From Chloroflexota bacterium (GTDB taxonomy: Bacteria; Chloroflexota; Limnocylindria; QHBO01): a stretch of DNA of 33,197 nucleotides. Made by a program: the position numbers and the translations under genes. The DNA is taken from the NCBI GenBank assembly GCA_031177555.1, contig JAPSGM010000001.1, forward strand, positions 1 to 33,197, given 5' to 3'. The notes beneath the pieces were generated by a model, which was not told the origin of the DNA, ran no database searches, and was given only the letters and a program-made list of their open reading frames with translations. Shown piece after piece: positions 31,992 to 33,197 of the stretch; the first letter of the stretch is position 1; the number at the start of each line of letters is the position of its first letter.

Positions 31992-33188
31992 TCAGTCGCC
32001 GTTGGCGCGGGTCGGCGACAGGAAGGCGTCCATCGCGCGGCGGATCTGGTGGTCCGGATCCAGGTTGCGCTGCGCCGCCGCGATGTGCCTGCGGACCTCG
32101 CTCGGATCGGACTCCTCCTCCTCGATGGCAGCATCGGCATGGCTGGCGGCCGGCCGGCGGGCGCCGGCCGGGATGCGCACGTCCGCCAGCGGCACCACGA
32201 CCGGCGGCTGCAGGGAGAACGCGGACGCGACCGCGACCTCCGGCTCGACCTCGATCGGGACCGCGGTGATCTTGGGGGGCGGTGGCGTGGCGGGCTCCTC
32301 GGCGGCTCGGTAGAGCAGGCGGCGTGGCCGCGGGTTGCCCGAAACCTGGTTCTTCCCGAGCGACTTGGCCTGGTACATCGCCCGGTCGGCGGCGATCATC
32401 AGCTCGTCGGCGCTGGTCCCGTCCTCAGGACAGCTCACCAGCCCGATGCTGACGCTGGTCAGCATCTCCACCGTCCCGGCCAATCCCACCTCCTCGGCAC
32501 CGACGCGCACCTTCTCGGCAACCACGAACGCGCCGGCGAAATCGGTCTCCGGGAGGAGGACCATGAACTCGTCGCCGTGGAGCCGGTAGGCAGTGTCCAG
32601 GTTCCGGATCGAACCGCGGATGACGCCCCCCAGCGCGCGCAGCACCTCGTCGCCGCGATGGTGCCCGTAGGAGTCGTTCACCGCCTTGAGCCCATCGAGG
32701 TCGATCATCAGCAGGCAGAAGCCGCGTTCGCTGCGCCGGGTGCGCTGCACCTCCTGCTCGAGCATCGGGTACAGCTGGCTGCTGTTGAACAGGCCGGTCA
32801 GCAGGTCGATCCGCGACATGCGCTCGACCGCGCCGCGCATGGCGCGCTCGGCCGATGCAAAGACACCGGCCAGGTAGGCCAGCAGCCAGATGGACCCGAC
32901 CATCAGGCCGAACCCGAGCAGGTCGTCGCTGCCATACCCGTCGCGCGCGGGGTCGATCCACACCACGCCCAGGAAACAGAGGGTCGCCGCGGCGGCCACC
33001 GCCAGCGCGCTGGCACGCCCGCTGGCCAGGGCCACGGCCACGGCAACCAGCGCGTACGCGTAGGCGAAGGGCGAGGCGGCATACCCGGTCAGCGTCAGCA
33101 GGACGGTGATGATCGCCAGGGCGGCCAGAACCTCCAGCGCGGCCACCGGCCTGGTCCGCATTCGCGACGGCAGCAGGTCGTGGCGCAC
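31992..33188 (-). CDS. Membrane-anchored GGDEF-domain protein (diguanylate cyclase-like) with variant HGDEF motif
   Basis: 398 aa from GTG 33188; ATG 33161 is an alternative start. About 5 TM helices are followed by DLLTGLFN, LLMIDLDGLKAVNDSYGHHRGD, RNLDTAYRLHGDEFMVLL and ADRAMYQAK. A Pro-rich tail of about 110 aa follows. Confidence 0.85.
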   Translation of the reverse strand: MRHDLLPSRMRTRPVAALEVLAALAIITVLLTLTGYAASPFAYAYALVAVAVALASGRASALAVAAAATLCFLGVVWIDPARDGYGSDDLLGFGLMVGSIWLLAYLAGVFASAERAMRGAVERMSRIDLLTGLFNSSQLYPMLEQEVQRTRRSERGFCLLMIDLDGLKAVNDSYGHHRGDEVLRALGGVIRGSIRNLDTAYRLHGDEFMVLLPETDFAGAFVVAEKVRVGAEEVGLAGTVEMLTSVSIGLVSCPEDGTSADELMIAADRAMYQAKSLGKNQVSGNPRPRRLLYRAAEEPATPPPPKITAVPIEVEPEVAVASAFSLQPPVVVPLADVRIPAGARRPAASHADAAIEEEESDPSEVRRHIAAAQRNLDPDHQIRRAMDAFLSPTRANGD

Positions 33189-33197
33189 GACCTGCTG

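Noticed and set aside
1-33197. Search for a phage-defence system, toxin-antitoxin pair, CRISPR array, tRNA/rRNA, integrase/transposase or terminal inverted repeats
   Set aside because: Every sizeable ORF with coherent sequence is explained by envelope-glycan biosynthesis or core metabolism and signalling. I saw no spaced direct repeats, no tRNA-like T-arm sequences, and no nuclease, ATPase or recombinase motifs. The novelty candidate here is the glycan system, not a defence island.

Overview
The window is 33.2 kb, very GC-rich (about 70% by eye), and densely coding. I can support 29 protein-coding genes. I found no rRNA, tRNA, CRISPR array, transposase or integrase. Many long ORFs in the supplied track are alternative-frame shadows, which is typical of high-GC DNA. 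Several real genes are only the in-frame 3' part of a longer track ORF, and for those I re-set the start using start/stop overlaps or Shine-Dalgarno sites. One gene (1-820, minus strand) is absent from the track because it runs off the window edge. Positions ~870-26,600 form one large cell-envelope glycan assembly locus with four parts. (i) A minus-strand array (10828 down to 872) holds four sulfotransferases from two families, interleaved with a Wzx flippase, a Wzy-like protein, a GT4 glycosyltransferase and a LicC-like nucleotidyltransferase/TagF-like phosphotransferase pair. (ii) A plus-strand array (10893-17186) holds an AlgD-like sugar-nucleotide 6-dehydrogenase, an OafA-type acyltransferase with an SGNH domain, a GT4, an LCP ligase and inorganic pyrophosphatase. 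(iii) A seven-gene minus-strand operon (24352 down to 17183) is tightly coupled translationally. It encodes a complete legionaminic-acid-type nonulosonate pathway plus one unclassified GT-B protein. (iv) The last part is a second Wzy-like gene and a small PglC-type initiating phosphoglycosyltransferase. The right flank (26.8-33.2 kb, all minus strand) holds glnA, a PucR-type regulator, a trans-sulfuration PLP enzyme, a second LCP protein and a membrane GGDEF protein with a variant HGDEF motif. The most interesting inference is a Wzx/Wzy-built, LCP-attached, strongly polyanionic wall glycopolymer that would carry sulfate, phosphodiester, uronic acid, nonulosonic acid and O-acyl groups. I know of no characterised precedent for that combination. 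A second notable signal is a rare TAGAAT/TAGACT hexamer that recurs 7-9 nt upstream of start codons. It suggests leaderless or near-leaderless promoters, including a symmetric divergent pair at 24361-24406. All family calls rest on motif recognition from memory. No database search was run.
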